From NCBI GenBank assembly GCA_016214605.1, contig JACROD010000023.1, positions 32,428-96,427 on the forward strand: a stretch of DNA of 64,000 nucleotides. The letters run 5' to 3'. Origin of the DNA: Candidatus Kaiserbacteria bacterium. GTDB lineage: Bacteria; Patescibacteriota; Minisyncoccia; Phycocordibacterales; UBA2100. The notes under the pieces were generated by a model that was given only the letters and a program-made list of their open reading frames with translations, was not told where the DNA came from and ran no database searches. Of this stretch, positions 50,063-58,995 are shown piece after piece (within the stretch, counting starts at the first letter, position 1; each line of letters opens with the position of its first letter). The position numbers and the translations under genes were made by a program.

Positions 50063-51253
50063 TCAGATATCGGGGTCGTCTATATCGAGAACAAGCTGGA
50101 TCTCTGCCGACGGCGTCATGAGATTTCCGGTTTTATAACGCCGAGGTGCCGTGTGAGGGTGGCGGCACGTATCGAGGGGAAAAAGCTCTTGCGGCACTTC
50201 CATCCGACGGCGCGGATGGATCATGAACATGCCGACCTCGTAGTACGGGCCCGACGGGACATTCCTCACACATGCGTCACTGATCGGACATCTCGCACAT
50301 GATCGCGCATACCACCTTTGGTGGTTGAGATCGTCAGGATCAACATTGAGGACCTGCGGCAAAGTCTTTTTGCCGTCACGATAGTTCTTTCTGGTACTGC
50401 GTCCGACCGAACGATTTCCCGGTGCAAGTGCACAAAGATTCGACGACAAGAGCCATAAGGCATCGGCCAGTTCCACACTTCGCGAGAAATCCCTTTTGAG
50501 ATAGCACTCCAAGAGATTGGCCCCGTATTTGTACGCTTCGTCGTAGCCGATCCTGCGTTCGTAGGTATCCGGCACGAGAATCTCTGTCTCAAACATCACC
50601 CGCAGGAGATGAAAATCGACCGCAGGAATGATCTCGATAGGCGACACCAGCTTCTCGGCAATGAGAAAATACGCAAGCATGCTGGTCATTTTCGCCTGGA
50701 ACCCCTCAAACCCCTGTTCGTGATTGAGAAGTTCATTTGATGGCCTCGTCCCTTGAGTGCGTTTATTCATCACTCTCCTGCGGAGGTCGGCTCCATCCTT
50801 CAGCTTGTGGAAGATGAGCCGGGGATCTCCGCGCCAATACTTGATGAGTCGAGCGGAGTTTTCCTGCCAGAAAACTCCGATCTCATCAATGTGGTAATTG
50901 AGGGCGCGAACGAGCTGACCTTTGATCTCTTCGAGCGGTATCGTCACGACCTTTTCGGGCATGAAGAGATCCGGCCTAAAAGACCACAACGTGACCAATT
51001 GACGTATCGCGGTCGTACTATCCAGTGCCCCGCGCATAAAATGACAGGCATACCATAAGAATTGCGCGTGTCTCAGTGGATCCTTTCGTAGCTCTGCAGG
51101 AACCATATCCTGCGGAAGGACGGCGACATTGTACGGATACCTTACCTCGCGAAACGCCTCCAAGAGAATCCCGAAGACGCGCGAGGCACGTTTGTGATTC
51201 GTCTTTATTCCCATCGGAAGAGTGCTCCTTTTAATCTTTTCCGCGCGCAACAT
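50063..51253 (-). CDS. Divergent HhH-GPD (endonuclease III-like) glycosylase-family protein
   Basis: GFQAKMTS, PAVDFH, C...CARCPISDAC. Confidence 0.55.
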   Translation of the reverse strand: MLRAEKIKRSTLPMGIKTNHKRASRVFGILLEAFREVRYPYNVAVLPQDMVPAELRKDPLRHAQFLWYACHFMRGALDSTTAIRQLVTLWSFRPDLFMPEKVVTIPLEEIKGQLVRALNYHIDEIGVFWQENSARLIKYWRGDPRLIFHKLKDGADLRRRVMNKRTQGTRPSNELLNHEQGFEGFQAKMTSMLAYFLIAEKLVSPIEIIPAVDFHLLRVMFETEILVPDTYERRIGYDEAYKYGANLLECYLKRDFSRSVELADALWLLSSNLCALAPGNRSVGRSTRKNYRDGKKTLPQVLNVDPDDLNHQRWYARSCARCPISDACVRNVPSGPYYEVGMFMIHPRRRMEVPQELFPLDTCRHPHTAPRRYKTGNLMTPSAEIQLVLDIDDPDI

Positions 51254-51312
51254 ACATTATTTTCGGTGCTTACGCAATCGTCGCGCACGCGCTCTCGCGC
51301 TATACTGATGCC

Positions 51313-51987
51313 ATGCAATCATACGAAGTGGAGGTGAAGGCGCTCCTTGGTGGACCCGAACGCGCCGATGAGATACGGCGAGCGCTGCGAGACACCGATC
51401 CCACATGCGATTTGCGCACCAAAGGGAAACAGCTCAATCACTATTTTATGGGCGGCACCTTACAAGCCCTCGCCCAAGCGATCGCTCCGCATCTCTCTCT
51501 GGGCGCGCGCGTCAAGCTCGCGGATTTTGCCCTTCACGCAAAGGACTTCTCAGTGCGTACACGTCAAAAGGACGATCAAGTGCTCTTTGTGATCAAGGCA
51601 TCCGTCGACGACACAACGAGTGCCAATGGCATCGCCCGCATGGAGATCGAAGAACCCGTCTCGCTTTCTCTGAATGATCTCGACGAAATCATTCTCGGCG
51701 CAGAATTTAATTATCAGGCGAAATGGTCCCGCGAACGCGAAGAATACCTTTGCAGCGGCGTGAATGTCACGCTCGACAAGAATGCGGGCTACGGATGGCT
51801 GGCCGAATTTGAGCGCGTCGTGGATGATCCGACCAAACTGACCGAAGCAGAAGCACACGTGCGCGCTCTCATGGACACGCTCAAGGTCGAAGAGCTCCCC
51901 CAAGACCGCCTCGCGCGCATGTTTGCCTTTTACAACGAACATTGGCCGGAGTATTACGGGACAGAAAATATTTTTGAGATACAATAG
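51313..51987 (+). CDS. CYTH (triphosphate tunnel) domain protein
   Basis: YEVEVKA, RTR, LAEFE. Confidence 0.75.
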   Translation: MQSYEVEVKALLGGPERADEIRRALRDTDPTCDLRTKGKQLNHYFMGGTLQALAQAIAPHLSLGARVKLADFALHAKDFSVRTRQKDDQVLFVIKASVDDTTSANGIARMEIEEPVSLSLNDLDEIILGAEFNYQAKWSREREEYLCSGVNVTLDKNAGYGWLAEFERVVDDPTKLTEAEAHVRALMDTLKVEELPQDRLARMFAFYNEHWPEYYGTENIFEIQ

Positions 51988-51992
51988 GATGT

Positions 51993-52574
51993 ATGTTTCT
52001 CTCCGACATGGATATCGAGAAGGCGATCTTGGCGGGCGAAATCGTCCTCGACACGTTTGATAGCAAGCGCCTCCAACCAGTAAGCTATGATATCCGCCTC
52101 GGCAACAAATTCATCGTCAACGACGAAAGCTCCACTCACAAGATCGATCCGGTGAAGAAGATATATGCCCAGACACGAGAGATTATTATCGAGGACGGCA
52201 AAGAATTCGTCCTTCACCCTGGCATCTCCGTCCTTGGCTTATCAAAAGAGTATTTCGGTTCCGACCATTATCTGATCCAAGTCGGCGGCAAATCTTCGCT
52301 TGCGCGCGTGGGGCTCATGATCCACAACACGGCAGGCATCATTAATCCCGGGCATTTCCTCTGTGTGACCCTTGAATTGAGCAATCAAAACAACGTACCG
52401 ATCATCCTGAGGCCGGGCATGGAAATAGCGCAACTTACCTTTTCAAAGATTACCTCCCCGACCAAACAAACCTACAAAAAAACCGGCCGTTTCGCTGAAA
52501 ACAACTGGAACAACTTCGCTCCCGCAAAGAAAAAGGCCATTATCAAGAAGAAGAAAACGCCCGCAAAAAAATAA
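51993..52574 (+). CDS. dcd: dCTP deaminase
   Basis: LSDMDI, QPVSYDIRL, GKSSLARVG, TLEL. Confidence 0.92.
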   Translation: MFLSDMDIEKAILAGEIVLDTFDSKRLQPVSYDIRLGNKFIVNDESSTHKIDPVKKIYAQTREIIIEDGKEFVLHPGISVLGLSKEYFGSDHYLIQVGGKSSLARVGLMIHNTAGIINPGHFLCVTLELSNQNNVPIILRPGMEIAQLTFSKITSPTKQTYKKTGRFAENNWNNFAPAKKKAIIKKKKTPAKK

Positions 52575-52576
52575 AT

Positions 52577-53539
52577 ATGGAGAAAAAACACCTTGAATAT
52601 CAATACCTGGATCTATTGCGCGAGACGCTTGAGTCGGGTGAAGAACAAATAGACAAAGGCACTGGAGTCAAGACCTACAGTGTTTTCGGCCGACAGATCC
52701 GGTTTGATCTTTCTGAAGGACTGCCGATGCTCACCACGAAGCGCGTGTATTGGAAAGGTGTCCTTGAAGAGCTGTATTGGTTTATGTCGGGACAATCCAA
52801 TATCAAGTACCTCGTGGATCATGATGTGCATATTTGGGACGATTATCCGTACAGGATCTATGGAGAGCGGGCCGCGCGCTCGGAAGTGCCGCAACTAAGC
52901 AAGGAAGAATTCATCTCAAAAATAAAAGACGATAGCGATTTCGCAAAGATCCATGGTGAATTGCCGCATATCTACGGCGAGCTTTGGCGTCGCTGGCCAG
53001 CGCACGATGGCCGCGCAGTCGATCAGCTCCAGTGGACTATCGATGAGCTTAAGAAGGACCCTGATGCGCATAATACGATCGTCACCTCATGGAATCCCGA
53101 GTATCTCTACAGTATGGCGGCTCCCGGCAAAGGGGCGCGTTTTCCCATCTGTCACAATATGTATCAGATCAATATCAAACACGGTAAAGTCTGCCTCCAG
53201 CTTTATCAGCGCAGCGCAGATGTCTTTCTCGGTGTCCCGTTCAATATCGCCTCGTATTCCCTCCTGACGATCATTATCGCGAAGATACTCGGTCGCGAGC
53301 CAGGCGAATTCATTCACACCTTTGGTGATCTCCATATCTACGAAAATCACAAAGATCAGGCGCGTGAACAGCTCGCGCGCGAACCACGATCATTTCCGAC
53401 CGTCTCCTTTGCGCAAAATTTCGATTCGCTCGATTCGTTCAAGCCCGAATACGTGCGGCTCAAGGATTACAATCCCGAAGCGACCATAAAGGCCGAACTT
53501 ACCGTCGCCGGGGGTTATAACAAGGATCTCCACTCATAA
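52577..53539 (+). CDS. thyA: Thymidylate synthase
   Basis: LTTKRV, PICH, YQRSADVFLGVPFNIASY, DLHIYENH. Confidence 0.96.
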   Translation: MEKKHLEYQYLDLLRETLESGEEQIDKGTGVKTYSVFGRQIRFDLSEGLPMLTTKRVYWKGVLEELYWFMSGQSNIKYLVDHDVHIWDDYPYRIYGERAARSEVPQLSKEEFISKIKDDSDFAKIHGELPHIYGELWRRWPAHDGRAVDQLQWTIDELKKDPDAHNTIVTSWNPEYLYSMAAPGKGARFPICHNMYQINIKHGKVCLQLYQRSADVFLGVPFNIASYSLLTIIIAKILGREPGEFIHTFGDLHIYENHKDQAREQLAREPRSFPTVSFAQNFDSLDSFKPEYVRLKDYNPEATIKAELTVAGGYNKDLHS

Positions 53540-53573
53540 GAAAAGGCACCGTATCGCGGTGCCTTCCTGGTGT

Positions 53574-54338
53574 TTACTTCGCGCGAATCGCATCGTAGAT
53601 GTCCTGTGCGGACATAAAGCGATGCGTACATTCTCCCGATGGCTTCTTCTCGAAATGCCTGCAATTGCACGGAAAGGACCGGCATACCGGACATTCGCTG
53701 CCATAGAGCGATATAACAGAATCCTCCAGCGAAATTTTCAACAGCGATGCGCAAGCAAATGTCCATGCGAGGACATCGGTGAATTCTTGAGCATATTTAC
53801 GCCTGACATCTTTGAGATTGTCGTTAAAGCCGTCTGCGCTATGCAAGATCAGCCCGACTTCCGCGACTTCTTCAAAAAGCCTGTTGAGAGCTCTTGGGAT
53901 ACCGCCTGTGCTGTTGTTCGGCCCATAGAGCTGTTCGAGATGTTCTTGCCACCGGTTGATTGACCACAGATACTGGCTTGTACTGGGGACCGAAACAACA
54001 TGTTCCGCTCGATGTGCTTCTTCACAAATGCATGGGAAGTGCCCGCAATAGCCACAGCCCATCGCTGGGAATTTGTCGCCCATTGCATTGGTCAAGAGTA
54101 ACCCTGCATCTGTGCGAAATAACTCCTCTGCAAGGCTCGCAAACCACGCGACAATCTGAGCGAGCGCAATCGGATATAGCCCCGTCTTTTCCTTGCGAAC
54201 GCAACGAGCCAGGTCCGCGCACGCAAGAACGAGAAAACTATATCGATCATTGCGATTCATAGTGAGTGCGTCCGAGCTCGAGAAGGTTGCTACCAGCCGC
54301 TCAATCGATGATCCTATGGTTAGCCGGTCATCTGACAT
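53574..54338 (-). CDS. Tandem MazG-like nucleotide pyrophosphohydrolase
   Basis: LFEEVAEV...EFTDVLAW; CGYC..PC.C and CPVC..PC.C; degenerate first repeat. Confidence 0.75.
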   Translation of the reverse strand: MSDDRLTIGSSIERLVATFSSSDALTMNRNDRYSFLVLACADLARCVRKEKTGLYPIALAQIVAWFASLAEELFRTDAGLLLTNAMGDKFPAMGCGYCGHFPCICEEAHRAEHVVSVPSTSQYLWSINRWQEHLEQLYGPNNSTGGIPRALNRLFEEVAEVGLILHSADGFNDNLKDVRRKYAQEFTDVLAWTFACASLLKISLEDSVISLYGSECPVCRSFPCNCRHFEKKPSGECTHRFMSAQDIYDAIRAK

Positions 54339-54422
54339 TGCATACACTCCTTATATTTCCTATGCGAGTGTAGCAGAATGGCCAAATTACTCAAATGATC
54401 CCCCTCCTATATACTGGTGACT

Positions 54423-55094
54423 ATGATCAAAACATCTGCCAAGACGGCTAGACGTGGTACATTCATCGTTATCGATGGCATGGACGGTTCGGGCAAAGGC
54501 ACACAGATCAGGCTTTTGCAAGAAAAATTGACTGGACATCCGGTGATATTCACGCGCGAGCCGGGTGGTACGCCCAAGGCCGAGGAGATCCGTAAGCTCT
54601 TGCTCAATAAAGACGGACCCGCATCAGATCCGCTGAAGGACTTTTGGCTTTTTTGGGAAGCTCGCGAATCCCATGTGGAAGAATTGATAGGACCTTCATT
54701 GGAGCAAGGCACGCATGTGCTCTGCGACCGATACGATTCCTCGACACATGCCTTTCAGATCCATGGAGAGCAACAGAACTCGCTCCTCGATCTGTTCAAG
54801 GAGAAGCGCGAAACACTTCCTCCCAAATATCATCCGCACGCGTATATCATTCTCGACCTGCCTGCAGAAGTAGCGTACGGGCGCCGCCTCAAGGATTCTG
54901 TGCAGGAAAAGACTCGTTTCGACGTAAAACCGATCGAGTATCATGCGCGCGTGCGGGACGGTTTCTTGCAATTCGGAGAGTATCTAAAAGATTCAAAGTC
55001 CGACAGTATCTGTTATTTCATCGACGCCGATCGTCCGGTGGAAGCGATCCACGCTGACATTTGGAAGATCGTCTCTCGCGAATTGGGTATCTGA
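54423..55094 (+). CDS. tmk: Thymidylate kinase
   Basis: DGMDGSGKGTQ, TREPGG, CDRY. Confidence 0.94.
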   Translation: MIKTSAKTARRGTFIVIDGMDGSGKGTQIRLLQEKLTGHPVIFTREPGGTPKAEEIRKLLLNKDGPASDPLKDFWLFWEARESHVEELIGPSLEQGTHVLCDRYDSSTHAFQIHGEQQNSLLDLFKEKRETLPPKYHPHAYIILDLPAEVAYGRRLKDSVQEKTRFDVKPIEYHARVRDGFLQFGEYLKDSKSDSICYFIDADRPVEAIHADIWKIVSRELGI

Positions 55095-55275
55095 TCTCTA
55101 TCATGAGCACGAGACCCCCCATACACGTATCTTATGCTATAGCATAGAATACGTGTATGGGGTTTTGTTCTCTTTTGTACATTTTGTACAATCCTGTTTT
55201 TATGCGTTATCATTTCATGTATGATCTAGTTACGCGTACATGTCCCTTTTATCCCACTCATAATACCCATTTGAT

Positions 55276-56547
55276 ATGTACGAACACGTAAAAAAACAAG
55301 ACAAACAAGTGTATAAGGCGCTCATAGGGGAAGAGACGCGTGAAGCCGAGGGCCTCGAGCTCATCCCGAGCGAGAATTACGTCTCACTCGCCGTACGTGA
55401 AGCCAATGCATCAATCCTCACCAACAAATACTCCGAGGGCTATCCCGGCCGCCGCTACTACGGCGGGCAGGAATATACCGACATGGTCGAAAATCTCGCA
55501 CGTGATCGGGCCAAGAAACTTTTTGGCGCGAAATACGCCAACGTCCAGCCTTTGGGTGGCGCCAATGCCAATATCGCGATGTATATGGCGCTTCTTGAGC
55601 CAGGAGACACCGTACTCGGCATGGATCTCTCCCATGGTGGACACCTCACGCACGGACACCCAGTCACGTATCTGACCAAGATGTTCCGCTTCGTCCGCTA
55701 CAAGATGAAAAACGCCGAGACCGGTGAGATCGATTACGAAGAAATGCGCCAAGTCGCCGTCATCGAACGGCCCAAGATCATTCTCGCGGGGTTTTCGGCA
55801 TACCCACGCGAACTCGACTATGCCAAATTCGTCGAGATCGCGCGCGAAGTGGGCGCGACTGCCGTAATGGACATCGCGCACATCGCCGGACTCATCGCAG
55901 GCAAGGCTGTAAAGAATCCATTCGACTACGGGTTCGATATCATGACTACCACCACGCACAAGACCCTGCGCGGACCCCGTGGCGGTATGATCCTCGTGCG
56001 CGAGAGCGAAGAACTCGCCAAGAAAATAGATAAGGCGGTATTCCCGGGCCTCCAGGGTGGTCCGCACATGAACAACATTGCCGCCAAAGCGGTCGCATTC
56101 GGCGAAGCGCAGAAGCCATCGTTCAAAAAATACGCCAAACAGATTCTCAAAAACGCTCAGGCGATGGAAAAAGTGTTCAAGGATCGCGGTATCCGCCTGA
56201 TCACGGGCGGTACCGACAACCACCTGCTTTTGGCGGATGTATACGGCTCGCTCGGAGTCACCGGCAAAGAAGCACAAGAAATCCTCGACATGATCGGTAT
56301 CACCGTCAACAAGAATTCGATCGCGGACGATACACGCGGCCCCATGGATCCATCCGGCATCCGCTTTGGCACGCCGGCGATCACAACCCGTGGATTCAAA
56401 GAGCAGCAATGCACCCGGATCGCCGAACTCATGATCGACGCACTTGCACACAAAAACGAAACCAAAAAGCTCAAGATCATTCGCGCGGAAGTCCATTCCC
56501 TTTGTAAAAAGTTTCCGATCCCGAAATCATTCGCCGCACAGAAGTAG
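55276..56547 (+). CDS. glyA: Serine hydroxymethyltransferase
   Basis: LIPSENY, YSEGYPGRRYYGG, TTTHKTLRGPRGG. Confidence 0.98.
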   Translation: MYEHVKKQDKQVYKALIGEETREAEGLELIPSENYVSLAVREANASILTNKYSEGYPGRRYYGGQEYTDMVENLARDRAKKLFGAKYANVQPLGGANANIAMYMALLEPGDTVLGMDLSHGGHLTHGHPVTYLTKMFRFVRYKMKNAETGEIDYEEMRQVAVIERPKIILAGFSAYPRELDYAKFVEIAREVGATAVMDIAHIAGLIAGKAVKNPFDYGFDIMTTTTHKTLRGPRGGMILVRESEELAKKIDKAVFPGLQGGPHMNNIAAKAVAFGEAQKPSFKKYAKQILKNAQAMEKVFKDRGIRLITGGTDNHLLLADVYGSLGVTGKEAQEILDMIGITVNKNSIADDTRGPMDPSGIRFGTPAITTRGFKEQQCTRIAELMIDALAHKNETKKLKIIRAEVHSLCKKFPIPKSFAAQK

Positions 56548-56602
56548 ACATCGAATGTGTGCGGCATGATCGACAAAATATGCTACAATACAGCGACATT
56601 TT

Positions 56603-57226
56603 ATGATGTCTCTTCTTACGCATGTGAGCTTGCCTCACCTGATACAGATCGTCGGTTACCCCGGGCTTTTTGCTGCCGTATTCCTCGAATCCGGCGTTTT
56701 TTTCGGATTCTTCCTACCAGGCGCCTCGATGCTCTTTACTGCTGGCCTCCTTGCTTCGCAGGGATTTTTCAACGTATGGGCGCTGATCCCATTACTCACC
56801 CTGGCTGCTATCCTCGGAGACAACGCTGGGTACTGGTTTGGCAACAAGGTCGGCGTAACGCTTTTTTTCAGGAAAGACTCGCGTTTCTTCAAGCACGAAT
56901 ACCTCGAGCGTGCGAAGGATTTTTATGACAAACACGGCGCGCAGACGATCTTCTTGGCGCGCTTCATTCCGATCGTGCGCACCTTTGCGCCCATCCTCGC
57001 TGGGATTACCAAGATGCGCTATGTGACATTCATTACGTACAACGTCCTAGGCGCGGTCTCTTGGGGAGCTGGTGTGACATTTGCGGGATTTTATCTCGGA
57101 CGCCGCGTACCCAACATGGAACATTACCTCATGTATGTGGTCCTCGCGATCATTGTCGTGACGACACTGCCGATATTCTGGGAGCTGCGCAAGCCAAGGC
57201 CCGAGACCGCTAGAAAGCTTCAATAA
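56603..57226 (+). CDS. DedA family membrane protein
   Basis: FLESG, FFLPG, ARFIPIVRTFAP. Confidence 0.93.
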   Translation: MMSLLTHVSLPHLIQIVGYPGLFAAVFLESGVFFGFFLPGASMLFTAGLLASQGFFNVWALIPLLTLAAILGDNAGYWFGNKVGVTLFFRKDSRFFKHEYLERAKDFYDKHGAQTIFLARFIPIVRTFAPILAGITKMRYVTFITYNVLGAVSWGAGVTFAGFYLGRRVPNMEHYLMYVVLAIIVVTTLPIFWELRKPRPETARKLQ

Positions 57227-57249
57227 AAAAAACAGGTCGCCCGTCGCAT

Positions 57250-57370
57250 CCTCGCAGCAAGCTGCGAGGTATTGCGCGGGCGACACCAGGCTGTTTTTTT
57301 GGAAGGTGTAGCGGCCGCCGCCGCTTCAAATCTATTAGCCTCTCAACCCCGCAGCAAGCTGCGGGGTATT
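57250..57370. repeat. Pair of REP-like hairpins
   Basis: cctcgcagc-aa-gctgcgagg-tatt (57250) and ccccgcagc-aa-gctgcgggg-tatt (57347). Confidence 0.85.
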
Positions 57371-57405
57371 CTCGGCTTCCAATAACACCCAAGTATCCTT
57401 CCGGC

Positions 57406-58227
57406 TCAATCCAACTGCCTGAGCCGAGCAAGCCCGCCATGAAGGCCGCCAAGATCGCCGAGCGATGAGTGAAGTATCTCGGGAAGTTCCGGAAGTACCT
57501 TGGTGATCCTCTCGAGATGGAATCGGACTCGCTCGACTGAAATACCTATTTCATTGAACATAGACCCTCCGAGGACGATCCTGTCGGGCGACCAAAACAA
57601 AATAGCATTGTGCAGGCCGAAAGCAGTGATGATAGCGAGATCCTCCCAAACGGATGAATCAGGTCCCAGATCGCGCGGATGCTTGCCGTACCTTTTCTCG
57701 ATCGAAGAACCCGAGAGAAGGTCTTCCCAGGTGATGTCATTTGATGATGGAGAGAGGTATTGGTGCCCGATCTCCGTCCCGAAGACGGCCGGATCGATCT
57801 TGTTATCGACGATACGTACACCATTGACTCCGGTAGAGACCGTAATATACATCATGATGCGCGCGCCTTGCCCTGCACCTGCAGTAGCCTCACCGAGTCC
57901 GATCTGCGCGACGTCGTTTTCAAAATAAATATTTGTAGACAAGGCGGTCTCGATATCGTCGGCGATGTGCTTCCCGATCCACTCGGGTATGTGCGGACCT
58001 GCACCTGCGATGACCCTGCGATCACGCGAAAGGAGCGCGGGTACGCCCGCAGCAATCTTGGTTATCTCCTCTCCCGCGGCGATCTCTTTTGCCGTCTCCA
58101 CAAAAGCAGCGATCCCTTCTTGGTATGATTGCGGAGTCTTTATGATGACCGGCTCGTCGAAATGCTCAAGGTCGCGGCTGCCCGCGATCCGCATTTTGGT
58201 CCCCCCAATGTCTGCGATGATGTACAT
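57406..58227 (-). CDS. ROK family sugar kinase
   Basis: DIGGTK, END, STGV, EIGH. Confidence 0.9.
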   Translation of the reverse strand: MYIIADIGGTKMRIAGSRDLEHFDEPVIIKTPQSYQEGIAAFVETAKEIAAGEEITKIAAGVPALLSRDRRVIAGAGPHIPEWIGKHIADDIETALSTNIYFENDVAQIGLGEATAGAGQGARIMMYITVSTGVNGVRIVDNKIDPAVFGTEIGHQYLSPSSNDITWEDLLSGSSIEKRYGKHPRDLGPDSSVWEDLAIITAFGLHNAILFWSPDRIVLGGSMFNEIGISVERVRFHLERITKVLPELPEILHSSLGDLGGLHGGLARLRQLD

Positions 58228-58244
58228 ATAGATTACAAGGTAGA

Positions 58245-58862
58245 TTACAAAGCGACGCTTTGTATTTTTAGGTTGTGGTCTAATGTTATTGGAATCCCGC
58301 CAAGATCTACCTTTCGGACTTCTTTATAAAGCTTGTTGGGTATCAATAGCGGGGCACCGTCGCGTTCGACGACATAATACGCGAAACCGCGCATCTGCTT
58401 GACCTGTTCATAATCGGCATGTCCCGGCATCGAAGCAGAATCATCCGGACCCGCCACAGGACTATCATCGGTCGTTACGAGCCACTGTGCGCCGGTATTG
58501 ACCAGAAGATGACCGAAGCCGGACGGCATGTGTACCGAATCCCCCGCCTTGACCGGGATCGCTCTAAACTCTTCGATGATGTTTGGATTATCCACGCCGT
58601 CGATGACCGCCATCTTTTGGAGGAGTGCGATGCCTTCCCCCTGCAGGATCCAATACATCTCTTGGAGATCGCCTTTGTGATAGTGGCCGTAGGTCTTGAT
58701 ATATTCGCCGCCGACGGTACCCGTCTCCCAGATGGTGATGTTATGCTTCTCTGATCCGCCGCGGATCATGTAATAGTGGATCGCAGGTCCCGCAGCCTCG
58801 GGATGCATCAGGACTTCCTGCATCTTTTCGTGTGTTCGTGCGGCAAAGGCTTCAAATGACAT
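58245..58862 (-). CDS. Cupin-type glucose-6-phosphate isomerase
   Basis: KTYGHYH, E.Y, GFGH, GFAYY. Confidence 0.85.
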   Translation of the reverse strand: MSFEAFAARTHEKMQEVLMHPEAAGPAIHYYMIRGGSEKHNITIWETGTVGGEYIKTYGHYHKGDLQEMYWILQGEGIALLQKMAVIDGVDNPNIIEEFRAIPVKAGDSVHMPSGFGHLLVNTGAQWLVTTDDSPVAGPDDSASMPGHADYEQVKQMRGFAYYVVERDGAPLLIPNKLYKEVRKVDLGGIPITLDHNLKIQSVAL

Positions 58863-58995
58863 GGGGAAATTGTATCACAAAGAATAGCGCCTCACTTCAC
58901 CACCACCGTCCGTGTCGCGGTGGCCGTCTGGCCGAAGGTATCGGTGACGACGAAACGCTCTGCAAGAGGAAAATCAGCACCGGCTTTTTTAATTA

